A stretch of 64,000 nucleotides of DNA. Source: Thermoplasmata archaeon. Lineage in GTDB: Archaea; Thermoplasmatota; Thermoplasmata; Lutacidiplasmatales; UBA184. Shown here in pieces: positions 56,443-64,000 of the stretch. Position numbers and translations under genes: made by a program. The notes under the pieces are model-generated. The model did not search any database and was not told where the DNA came from. It saw nothing but the letters and a program-made list of their open reading frames with translations. The stretch lies in the NCBI GenBank assembly GCA_046704665.1, contig JBJKRJ010000025.1, forward strand, positions 17,772-81,771, read 5' to 3'. Position 1 is the first letter of the stretch; each line of letters starts with the position of its first letter.

Positions 56443-56667
56443 ATGAGTTCTCCCGGTCCGCGTGACTCCCCCTGGTGTCTTGGACGTAATTGTGGCCACT
56501 CCCTCGCCGACCACGTATCCACCCCTGAACTGGCCGGTCCTGACGAAGACGTCGTCTGGTGCGCTCGATGCCGGCAGCACGAGGTCCGCCGCCAGTGGGC
56601 GTGGTGGAAGCTGGGTCGAAGGAGTCCGGCCCCCAAGTCGCCGGGGCGCACCTTGCGTCCGAACTAG
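56443..56667 (+). CDS. Small putative zinc-ribbon protein (74 aa)
   Basis: The two Cys pairs (WCLGRNCGH ... WCARCRQHE) form a CxxxxC...CxxC arrangement. The ATG is appropriately spaced from a TATA-like box. No family recognised. Confidence 0.4.
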   Translation: MSSPGPRDSPWCLGRNCGHSLADHVSTPELAGPDEDVVWCARCRQHEVRRQWAWWKLGRRSPAPKSPGRTLRPN

Positions 56668-56814
56668 CGCCGGTCCGAGCGCCTTGCCCGGCCGACCGGC
56701 ATGCCTGGGGCCTTCCTCGCCCCGCGGACCCGGTGGAGTCTGTCATCACGTTCCTCCCGATTCTCGGTCCCGGGTCCGACTCGGCCCGAGGGTACGAACT
56801 AGACGGTCTTAGAC

Positions 56815-57474
56815 GTGCCCACGCGTCGCTCGACCGAGATGGGGGCGGACAGGGAAGAGCTCCTTCTCGACCGCCCCGTCCCCCAGGTCCGCACTCACAC
56901 GAGTCCTGCCTCCGCCTCGCCCCCGATCGTCACATGGCGGGCGCTACCGTTGGTGCTGGTTCCGGTGGGGGCGCTCCTCGTCGCCCTGGCCCTCGGGACG
57001 TTCGTCCCCCTCGACTACGTGCACGTCATCTCCGGGGGTCTCTGGACCGGCATCGACCTCTTCATGGGCCTCGTCATCGGACCGATCCTGGGTCGGATGT
57101 CGGGGCCGGCCCGCGCCGATTTCGTCCAGCGCCTTGTCCCGACCATGCTCTTCCTGATGCCCACCATCGCGACCGTGACGATCACCGCGGGCGTCTACCT
57201 GGCCGTGTACGAGGGCTACTTCTCGCTCGGGTACCTCGCGATCCAGGTCGCGGGGCTCCTCGTGATCGCGCTCCTGGTCCAGGGCTTGGGGATCTTCCTT
57301 CCCAACGAGGTCCGGATCGTCCTGGAACTGAGGAAGCCGCGGCCGGACGTCCCGAAGATCGGACGGCTCGGGCTGCTGAACGCGCGGCTCGCCGGCCTGC
57401 AAGCGGTGTTCCAGATCTCGCTGATCTTCGTGATGGCCAATCTCGCCGCCGGGAACGTGCATCTCTCGCCCTGA
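56815..57474 (+). CDS. Four-TM membrane protein with an HxxSGGLWTG motif (CopD/DUF2269-like, tentative)
   Basis: Hydrophobic ORF. The start is either GTG 56815 or ATG 56839. VHVISGGLWTGIDLF resembles the His-x3-Ser/Ala-x3-Trp-x-Gly helix of CopD-like proteins. The family call is weak. Confidence 0.55.
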   Translation: MPTRRSTEMGADREELLLDRPVPQVRTHTSPASASPPIVTWRALPLVLVPVGALLVALALGTFVPLDYVHVISGGLWTGIDLFMGLVIGPILGRMSGPARADFVQRLVPTMLFLMPTIATVTITAGVYLAVYEGYFSLGYLAIQVAGLLVIALLVQGLGIFLPNEVRIVLELRKPRPDVPKIGRLGLLNARLAGLQAVFQISLIFVMANLAAGNVHLSP

Positions 57475-57532
57475 AAATTCGGGGACGGGCGCACGGCGGC
57501 CCCTGGTTCAGTAAAGCAGGTTTTACGAATCG

Positions 57533-57540
57533 CTTTAAAA
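57533..57540 (+). promoter_or_regulatory. TATA box CTTTAAAA embedded in the 7-bp inverted repeat GGTTTTA-N10-TAAAACC
   Basis: The inverted-repeat arms are at 57519-57525 and 57536-57542. A GGAGAGG ribosome-binding site lies about 12 nt before the ATG at 57589. Confidence 0.45.
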
Positions 57541-57588
57541 CCGTCCTGCGGACTCTGTAATCTCCTTACGGAGAGGAAAATACCACCG

Positions 57589-58197
57589 ATGGTCTCTGCC
57601 CGCACCGATTCGCCCGCCCCCGCCCGCTCCCAAGAGAACCGTTCCGAGGGCCCTCGGGGCCCTTTTCCGCGACTGGCGGCCATCATCCTGGCCATCGGGC
57701 TCATCGCGGCGGCGGTCGTCTTCAGCTACCAGCTCGGGGCCGGCTCCACCTCCGGCAGCTCCCCCAGCACGCCGGCGACGATCGTGAGCTACGTGAACCT
57801 GACCGTAGTGATCAATGCCACCAACGGGGCGCCCCAGTACGTCCCGGCGAACTTCTCGGTCCCGGCGGGACGGGTCGCGATCACCATAGCCGATCAGGAC
57901 GACGCCGTGAGCTGGGCCCAGTGCGGTTGCAACGTCTCCGGGACCGTGGGCGGGGTGGAGTGGTTGAACGGCACCCCCTACCACGTCATGCCCACCTCGA
58001 ACGTCGCTCACACGTTCACCATCGGCGCGCTCGGACTCAATGTCCTGAGCCCCGGCGGACAGACGGTCTTCTTCGAGGCGGACTTCCCGGCCGGCACCTA
58101 CACGTGGACGTGCCTTGCACCGTGTGGGTCGGACGGGTACACCGGATTCCCGATGGGGACGCCGGGATGGATGGAAGGAACGATCACCGTAGGGTGA
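57589..58197 (+). CDS. Membrane-anchored cupredoxin-fold protein with a COX2/CuA-like motif
   Basis: N-terminal TM anchor. NVAHTFTI...(34 aa)...CLAPCG parallels COX2 DV(I/L)HS(F/W)...C-x3-C-G. The expected second His is Gly. There is an extra CGC motif upstream and a GTITV ending. Confidence 0.65.
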   Translation: MVSARTDSPAPARSQENRSEGPRGPFPRLAAIILAIGLIAAAVVFSYQLGAGSTSGSSPSTPATIVSYVNLTVVINATNGAPQYVPANFSVPAGRVAITIADQDDAVSWAQCGCNVSGTVGGVEWLNGTPYHVMPTSNVAHTFTIGALGLNVLSPGGQTVFFEADFPAGTYTWTCLAPCGSDGYTGFPMGTPGWMEGTITVG

Positions 58198-58237
58198 ACC
58201 GAAGGGAAGGTCAGAGGGTCGAGGAGGAACGATAAGG

Positions 58238-58912
58238 ATGGTAGCGTTGACAATCTCATTGGCAGTCTCTGCGATCGCGATGGTCGTGTTCGGCGCAGCC
58301 CTGGCGCTGCTCATGCTGGAGTACCGGGGGACGGAGTTCCTCGGCTGGTTCTCCTACGGGCGTCGGACTCGCCCCACCTACCCCTCGACCTCCGTGGCGG
58401 AGTTCCCGGGTCATGAGCCTACCCCATCGAACCACCGTGCGCTCGGGGCCGTCCTCGCCCCGCGAGGCAACGCGGCCCGAGGGGTGGAGCTGCTCCGGGT
58501 AGGGATCGGACTCGTCTGGGGTGCCAGCCTGGTGTTCCTCGCGCTCCCCTCTACGGGGTACTGGGCGAGCCTGGTCGCGGCGCACTCCGTCTTCTTCGCG
58601 TGGGTGATCGCACTCACGACCGCCTATCTGGCCGCGGCGTTCCTCGTCGGCGTCACGACCCGTCTCGCCTGCGTGGTGGGGGCGGCCCTCTCGGTCGCCT
58701 ACTTCGCCACCCAGTTCGGCACGACGTTCGCGTTCCTGGGAGCGACGGGGATCGGCCCGCAACCCCTCTACCTCGCCATCTATGCCGCGATCTGGGTCGG
58801 TGGGGCGGGGCGGTTCTGGTCGATCGATGGATCACTCTGGAAGCGCGGGTGGGGCGACCGCGTGCCCCAGGCGCGTTGGTTCGCGTCCCTCCCCCCCGCC
58901 GGCGCCGCGTAG
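58238..58912 (+). CDS. DoxX-family membrane protein
   Basis: GAGGAGG lies 10 nt upstream. There are four TM segments and a C-terminal GGAGRFWSIDG motif typical of DoxX/DoxD. Confidence 0.65.
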   Translation: MVALTISLAVSAIAMVVFGAALALLMLEYRGTEFLGWFSYGRRTRPTYPSTSVAEFPGHEPTPSNHRALGAVLAPRGNAARGVELLRVGIGLVWGASLVFLALPSTGYWASLVAAHSVFFAWVIALTTAYLAAAFLVGVTTRLACVVGAALSVAYFATQFGTTFAFLGATGIGPQPLYLAIYAAIWVGGAGRFWSIDGSLWKRGWGDRVPQARWFASLPPAGAA

Positions 58913-59153
58913 GGAAGGGTGGGGCCGGGCCACCGACCGGGACGACCGGGTCGCGCCTGCGCCGCCCGGACAGGAAGAGACCCGCGGAAAGGCAGGGGTC
59001 TGCACGATCCCATGTCGCCGGGGGACCCGAGGCGGCTCGAGCCATCGTCGTGCCGGTCCCAGGGGAGACGCGCTCGGGCTTCCGCCCGCCCGGAAGGTTC
59101 CACCTCGGCTCCCGCCGGTCCGTACGCAGGGCCCGTAGGGTTCCCGGGCGGGC

Positions 59154-59879
59154 TCAGCCACCGACGAACTTCTGGACAGCGAGGCCGATCACGAAGCCCG
59201 CGACGCCGGATCCAAGGCCGATGATCAGCATCCGGACCCCGCTCTTCCAGAGCGAACCGATCGTGAGCTTCGCTTCGTACCAGCCGATCAGGTAGAGCGT
59301 GATCCCGCTCACGATGACCGCCGCGATCGCCGCACCGATCGGGTCGGCCGGGATCACGAAGAACGGCACGAGAGGGATCGCGTGGCCCAATAGCGTCGCC
59401 GCTCCGACGATACCGGCGCTCCGGCGGGGTGCCTCCTCGGGCACCGGGGAGAGGTTCAGCTCGAAGGCCATCATGAGGTCGAGCCAAGCCTTCGGCTTGC
59501 TCTCGATGCGGCGGAGCATGTCGTCGAGCTCGTCCCCCTCGTAGCCCCAGCGCCGGAGGATGACACGGACCTCCTCCCGCTCGAGCTCGGGGACCTCCCG
59601 CATCTCCTGCTGTTCGCGCGCGACCTCGGCATGGAAGAGCTTGCGGCGGGACTCGGTCGAGGTGTAGGCGACCGCCGCCATCGCGAGCGACTCCGCCGCG
59701 AGCGCGGCGAGGCCGGCGACGATGATCAGGTGGACCGGCGCGCCGGCGGCGACCAGGCCGAGCAGGATCCCGAGGACGTTGACGAGGCCGTCCTGGCCCC
59801 CGAGGATGAAGTCGGAAAGGAGCGTCGGGCGCGGGTGCTGCTCTCGAAGGGCAGACTGCGCCATCGGCCGGGCGACCAC
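59154..59879 (-). CDS. VIT1/CCC1-family iron/manganese transporter
   Basis: FILGGQDGLVNVLGILLG and AESLAMAAVAY, followed by a cytoplasmic acidic helix region (EVAREQQEMREVPELEREE) and C-terminal TM helices. Confidence 0.88.
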   Translation of the reverse strand: MVARPMAQSALREQHPRPTLLSDFILGGQDGLVNVLGILLGLVAAGAPVHLIIVAGLAALAAESLAMAAVAYTSTESRRKLFHAEVAREQQEMREVPELEREEVRVILRRWGYEGDELDDMLRRIESKPKAWLDLMMAFELNLSPVPEEAPRRSAGIVGAATLLGHAIPLVPFFVIPADPIGAAIAAVIVSGITLYLIGWYEAKLTIGSLWKSGVRMLIIGLGSGVAGFVIGLAVQKFVGG

Positions 59880-59940
59880 CGAGCTGGTCGATATGAGGCT
59901 GACGGCGAAGCGACCCTCGACCGGTGGCGCGACGGCGGCC

Positions 59941-61098
59941 TTACTGCGCGAGGGCCGCCCCTTCGGCGAGGGCGCGCAGCTTCCGGAGCGCCACCGAGTG
60001 CGTGCACCCGTTCATCCCGGCGAACGTCTCGAACCCGCAGTCGGTCCCGCCCCACGTGTTCCGCTTGCCGACGATCTTCGCGAGCTCGTCCAGCCGGAAC
60101 TTGATGGTCTCGGGGGACTCGACGATCGGGGTCTTGACGTCGACCACCCCCCCGACGAACCCGAGATGGGAGGGCCAGCCGTGCTCTTTCACGAACCGCT
60201 TCAGGATCCGAAGGTCCCCCTCGTGTCGGGGGTTCGCGAGCTCGCCGACCAGGGCCCGCACCTTGAGCCGGGTGATCTCGGGAAGGATCCGCCCGAAGTC
60301 GGCGTCCGACTCGTGCGACGCGGCGTAGTTGCCGTAGCAGTAGTGGACGCGGATCCGTTCCGCCGGCAGTCCTTCGATCGCCGTGTTGATCGCGTCGACG
60401 TGCTCCGGCAGGACGGAGTAGAAGTCGCCCCCCCAGTCGCTCGCGATCTGCTTTCCCATCGCGAGGTCGGGGGCGTCGATCTGGAGGACCGTTCTCGGGA
60501 CGTCGAGGATCGCGCGGTACTCCTTCGCGAGCTCTCGGGCGAGCGCGCGCAGGTACTCCCCGTGCGTCGGGTAGACCTCGGTGTTGTTCGGGTAGAAGAT
60601 CGTGATGACCCCGGGCGACGGGGCGGGCAAGAAGACGCTCTTCGCCTTCTCCTCTCGCGCGAGGCCGACCGCCTCCCGGGCCTCGCGGGCCGCGTGCTCT
60701 GCCCCCACGTACTCAAGCGGGCTCGTGATCTTCGGAAGCTGGAACGCCGCTTGCCCCGACTGCTGCAGCGCCGCGGCCATCGCCGGATTCGATTCCGCGA
60801 TGTCCTGGAGGAGGTCGGGCGACATCGGGAGCGTCGTGCGTTCGGTGGACGAGAAACCGCGGAAGCGGTTCGGCAGGTAGCTCGTGTACCCCGAGACGCG
60901 CTGTTGGCCGTTCGACACCTCGTAGAGCCCGATCGGGCTTCCGAGCGGATGCAACTGCTCACGGATCGTCTCGCGCTCGGCCGCGAGGTACGTCGCCGAG
61001 TGGGAGGGATCGATCTCCCCGGTCGGGCTCTGGCCCAGAAGTCCCAGGATCTCCTTCGACCGGAACCAGCTCCCCGTCATCGTCGTGCGGTACGCCAT
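59941..61098 (-). CDS. MetE-like (cobalamin-independent methionine synthase catalytic-domain) protein
   Basis: ATG at 61098 inside ORF 59941..62433. The product has MTGSWFR, IDAPDLAM, VHYCYGN and a C-terminal TDCGF Zn-ligand context typical of single-domain MetE homologs. Confidence 0.78.
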   Translation of the reverse strand: MAYRTTMTGSWFRSKEILGLLGQSPTGEIDPSHSATYLAAERETIREQLHPLGSPIGLYEVSNGQQRVSGYTSYLPNRFRGFSSTERTTLPMSPDLLQDIAESNPAMAAALQQSGQAAFQLPKITSPLEYVGAEHAAREAREAVGLAREEKAKSVFLPAPSPGVITIFYPNNTEVYPTHGEYLRALARELAKEYRAILDVPRTVLQIDAPDLAMGKQIASDWGGDFYSVLPEHVDAINTAIEGLPAERIRVHYCYGNYAASHESDADFGRILPEITRLKVRALVGELANPRHEGDLRILKRFVKEHGWPSHLGFVGGVVDVKTPIVESPETIKFRLDELAKIVGKRNTWGGTDCGFETFAGMNGCTHSVALRKLRALAEGAALAQ

Positions 61099-61253
61099 CT
61101 CAGAACCCCGTGTCGGCACCCCGTGCCAACGCCTTGAGCCTTTGGACCGGGACGGTGTTGCTCGGAGCGAAACCGCATGGCGCACCGAGCAACCGGGAAG
61201 ATGCGCCGTCGAGGGATCGGACGCGAAGTGGCGACGCCCGGTGCGCAGGACCT

Positions 61254-61721
61254 CTAGCGGTCCCGACGCCGCCGGGCGACGGGGCGCCGCCGGCCACCCA
61301 TCCGTCGGCGGGCGCCTCGCCAAACCCGAATCGCATCTCGCAGGATCCGCTCGTGATCGAAGGCGAGGGGATGGGCGCGGGAGAGCGGGACCCACTCCGC
61401 CAGGGCCGCGTCGTCCCCGCCGGTGGGCCGGCCCGGCCTCCCTCGCATCAGGAACGCGACGGTCGTCGTCGGCTTTCTCGGGTCGCGGTCCGGACCGGAG
61501 TAGACACCGATCAAGGGACCGGGCCGGCCGACGAGCCCGGTCTCCTCCCGGAGCTCGCGAACGACCGTTGCCTCGACCGTCTCCATGAGCTCGACGAACC
61601 CGCCGGGGAGGGCCCACATCCCTTGGAAGGGCGGTCGGGCCCGTCGGACGAGGAGCACCCGACCCCGATGGATCCATACCGCATCCGTGGTGAGTGCCGG
61701 GTTCTCGTACTGTGGGGCCAA
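61254..61721 (-). CDS. Nudix hydrolase
   Basis: The TTG start has GGAGGT 7 nt upstream. The Nudix box is GGFVELMETVEATVVRELREETGL. Confidence 0.85.
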   Translation of the reverse strand: MAPQYENPALTTDAVWIHRGRVLLVRRARPPFQGMWALPGGFVELMETVEATVVRELREETGLVGRPGPLIGVYSGPDRDPRKPTTTVAFLMRGRPGRPTGGDDAALAEWVPLSRAHPLAFDHERILRDAIRVWRGARRRMGGRRRPVARRRRDR

Positions 61722-61760
61722 GCTCCGACCTCCGCCTGCCGCCGACCCCCGACCCTCCGT

Positions 61761-63326
61761 TCAGGAGAACAGGTCCGGCACCGTCCGGTCCATCTCGATG
61801 TTGAGGAGCCCCGGTCCGGCCTCCTCCCGGAGCTCGACGAGCGCCCGATCGAGATGCTCGGGGCGGTCGATCGTCCTCGCCTCGAGGCCGTAGGCGTTCG
61901 CGAGGGCCTCCACCTCGATCCCAGGGACGCTCAGGTACTCCGCGTTCACGATCCTCGGATGGTTCGCCTTCGAGTAGCTCTTCAGGATGTTGTAGCCCCC
62001 GTTGTTCACGACCACGACCTTCACGGGCAGGCGGTACCGGGCCAGCGTCCAGAGCGCCTGGACGGAGTACTGGAGCGCCCCGTCCCCCACGACCACCACG
62101 GTCTTCGGGCGTTCGAGCACGATCCCGATGGAGGCCGCCAGGCCCCAGCCGAGCTGCTGGCTGCGAGAGGAGAAGTAGCTGTCCTTCCCCGCGTAGAAGC
62201 CGAACGACTTGAGGGTCGGGATGAGCGAGACCGACTCGTCGACCAACGTGTAGCCCGTGAACGCTCGGCGGACGGCGTCCATGATGAACTCCCCTCCCAG
62301 TCTCGGCGCGGCCCGGGCGACGCGATTGGCCCGAGCGAAGTCGGGCGGCCGACGAAAGCTCCGGCCCGAGTCCGGAACTTCCGAGAGCAGCGCCTCGAGT
62401 ACCGATCGGAGCGGTCCGAGGATATGATCGCATCGGAACTTCGCGGCGACCGAGGGGTCGCTGCCCAGGTAGACGATCCGCTCGCCGGGGACGAGCGGTG
62501 CCGAGCTGTACGGGTAGAGCGTGAGGTCGGCGCCGACCAGGACGACGAGGTCGTGATCGCCCAGGACGGAGCCGATCATCGCGCTCTGGGGCAACAGGTC
62601 CCCCGCGAAGTTCGGCAGGTCGGCCGACACCGGCGCCCGCGAGCAGATCGGTTCCGCGTAGACGGGGGCGCCGAGCCGGGCCGCGAGCTTCTCGACCTCG
62701 GCGAACGCGTCGAAGAGGTCGACCTCGTATCCGACCACCAGCACCGGCGAGGAGGCCGAACGGATCCGCTCCGCGACGGTGCCGAGACCTTCCCGGGGGG
62801 AAGGGGGCTCCGACGCCGGGTGCCCGGGTTCGACCTCCGCGTCGGCCTCCATGACGTTCATCGGCAGGCTCAGAAGGACCGGTCCCATCGGAGGTTCGAG
62901 GGCGTGTCGGACCGCGCGTCGAACGGACTCGGCGAGCTCGCCGGGCGCGTGGACCTCGTGGGAGTACTTCACGATCCCGGCGACCATCGACTCGAAGTCA
63001 CCGGCAAGGAGCGGACCTTGGTCGAGATGCCGCAGGTCCTGCTGGCCCACCGTCACGATCACAGGAGAGTGGTTCCGGCGGGCCGTGTCGATAAAGGCGA
63101 TCGAGTTGCCGAGGCCCGGGGCCGCGTGGAGGTTCGCGACCGCGACCGAGCGTCGGACCTGGGCGTGTCCGTCGGCCGCGCCGACGGCGAGGGCGTCGTG
63201 CAGGGTGAGATAGTAGCGCTGGGCGAGGTGCTCCAGGAACGGAAGCTCGGTCGTTCCGGGGTTCCCGAACACCTCCCGGATCCCGAGGGTCCCGAAGAGC
63301 TGGGAGAGCGTCTCCGCGGCCTTCAT
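61761..63326 (-). CDS. Thiamine-diphosphate-dependent enzyme (benzoylformate decarboxylase / acetolactate synthase-like)
   Basis: 521-aa ORF with GNPGTTELPF, HAAPGLGN and C-terminal GDGALQYS...VVNNGGY ThDP-binding motifs. Confidence 0.85.
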   Translation of the reverse strand: MKAAETLSQLFGTLGIREVFGNPGTTELPFLEHLAQRYYLTLHDALAVGAADGHAQVRRSVAVANLHAAPGLGNSIAFIDTARRNHSPVIVTVGQQDLRHLDQGPLLAGDFESMVAGIVKYSHEVHAPGELAESVRRAVRHALEPPMGPVLLSLPMNVMEADAEVEPGHPASEPPSPREGLGTVAERIRSASSPVLVVGYEVDLFDAFAEVEKLAARLGAPVYAEPICSRAPVSADLPNFAGDLLPQSAMIGSVLGDHDLVVLVGADLTLYPYSSAPLVPGERIVYLGSDPSVAAKFRCDHILGPLRSVLEALLSEVPDSGRSFRRPPDFARANRVARAAPRLGGEFIMDAVRRAFTGYTLVDESVSLIPTLKSFGFYAGKDSYFSSRSQQLGWGLAASIGIVLERPKTVVVVGDGALQYSVQALWTLARYRLPVKVVVVNNGGYNILKSYSKANHPRIVNAEYLSVPGIEVEALANAYGLEARTIDRPEHLDRALVELREEAGPGLLNIEMDRTVPDLFS

Positions 63327-63348
63327 CGAACCTTCCGCCCCCGCCTTC

Positions 63349-64000
63349 CTAGGAGGTGCCGGGAAGATCGTCGACCCGGTAGAGCGGCTCCTTCCCCTGG
63401 ACGACGCGCAGCACGTTCTTCACGGTCTCCTGGAGGAACCTCTGCTGCGCCTCGAAGGTGACGCCGGCGATGTGAGGCGTGAACACCGCGTTCGGAGCGC
63501 GGAAGACCGGATCGGTGAAGTCGGGGGGCTCGGACCCGTAGACATCGAGCCCCACCCGGAGCTTCCCGTCGGACACGGCTTTTCCGAGCGCCTCCGGGTC
63601 GACGAGCTCGGCCCGGGCCGTGTTGATCAGGATCGCCTGGTCCTTGAGCAGCGCGATCTCGTCCGGTCCGACGATCCCCCGGGTGTGTTCGGTCAGCGGG
63701 AGGTGGAGCGAAAGGATGTCGGAGGCGGAGAGGAGCTCGCGCCACTCGACCCGTGTCAGGCCGAGACGGCGCTCTTCCTCCGGGGCCAGCGGAACGAGGT
63801 CGGTGTAGATCGCCGAAACCTCGAAGGGAACGAGGCGAGCGGCGAGCTCGCGTCCGATCCGTCCCATGCCCGCGATCCCGAAGACCTTCCCCGCGAGGTC
63901 GTGTGCGCCGGTGAGCATCGGCCACTCTCCTTTCCGCAGGTCGGTGTCGAGGCCCCGCAGGTCCCTCAGGAGCGCGAGCGCCATCAGGATCACGTGCTCG
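63349..64000 (-). CDS. D-isomer-specific 2-hydroxyacid dehydrogenase, C-terminal part (5' end beyond the window)
   Basis: GIAGMGRIGRELA (NAD-binding), LINTARAELVD and TPHIAG catalytic His motif. The reading frame stays open to position 64000. Confidence 0.85.
   Translation of the reverse strand, partial: EHVILMALALLRDLRGLDTDLRKGEWPMLTGAHDLAGKVFGIAGMGRIGRELAARLVPFEVSAIYTDLVPLAPEEERRLGLTRVEWRELLSASDILSLHLPLTEHTRGIVGPDEIALLKDQAILINTARAELVDPEALGKAVSDGKLRVGLDVYGSEPPDFTDPVFRAPNAVFTPHIAGVTFEAQQRFLQETVKNVLRVVQGKEPLYRVDDLPGTS

Noticed and set aside
1-64000. CRISPR arrays, rRNA genes, prophage or toxin-antitoxin modules.
   Set aside because: Scanning of the intergenic regions turned up no regularly spaced direct repeats, no rRNA-like sequence, and no phage structural, integrase or small paired TA-like ORFs.

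Overview
High-GC (high 60s % by eye, not computed), gene-dense chromosomal segment with about 60 real genes. It is very probably archaeal, possibly Thermoplasmatota-like. Support: the archaeal aspartate-semialdehyde/DKFP entry into the shikimate pathway, a GHMP-type shikimate kinase, a DUF981 protein, and a Thermoplasma-style 2-oxoacid dehydrogenase operon. First genes of transcription units have TATA-like boxes centred about 25-30 nt upstream of the start codon (leaderless), while internal genes use GGAGG-type sites or 4-nt ATGA/GTGA overlaps. Most long extra ORFs in the six-frame track are GC-driven antisense or out-of-frame artefacts, and many real genes start well inside the listed ORF.

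Layout:
- 1-14483 (-): a 15-gene, tightly coupled aromatic amino-acid supraoperon in the order ADH synthase, DHQ synthase II, aroD-aroE fusion, archaeal aroK, aroA, aroC, asd, ask, trpEGDCFBA.
- 14676-22461: a heme-oxygenase-like/PqqC-like protein, CoA-transferase plus acyl-CoA dehydrogenase, and isocitrate lyase plus an unusually long malate-synthase-like gene.
- 22757-26285: two large uncharacterised polytopic membrane proteins, the second carrying a NapH-like Cys/ferredoxin module.
- 26483-29649: SRPBCC protein, Dps, DUF981, HAD hydrolase, tRNA-Ile(GAU).
- 29999-34427: an EgtD/EanA-like methyltransferase, a SufE-like protein and an EanB-like rhodanese sulfurtransferase joined by ATGA overlaps, followed by a small ORF, a second HO-like di-iron-type protein and a Cys-rich mini-protein.
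- 34430-37170: a visibly lower-GC islet with two small membrane-anchored proteins (one split by an in-frame TAG) and a degenerate IS630-like transposase gene.
- 37172-47177: an ABC-2 exporter, a MOSC protein, and an OADH operon (E1a-E1b-E2-second E1a-E3-LipB).
- 47409-51891: an SDR, an orphan HSDR_N nuclease-like protein, and a SufR/ArsR-like-SDR-QueA-like operon.
- 52084-56290: an alkyl-DHAP-synthase-like-GlpD-DAG-kinase operon.
- 56443-64000: a small Zn-ribbon ORF, a CopD-like/cupredoxin/DoxX trio, a VIT1 transporter, a MetE-like protein, a Nudix hydrolase, a ThDP enzyme and a partial 2-hydroxyacid dehydrogenase.

No rRNA, CRISPR array or intact mobile element was seen. The best candidates for novelty are the EanA-SufE-EanB cluster with its downstream HO-like module, the paired membrane/Fe-S proteins, and the SufR-like/SDR/QueA-like operon. 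All family assignments come from reading motifs by eye and need profile searches.
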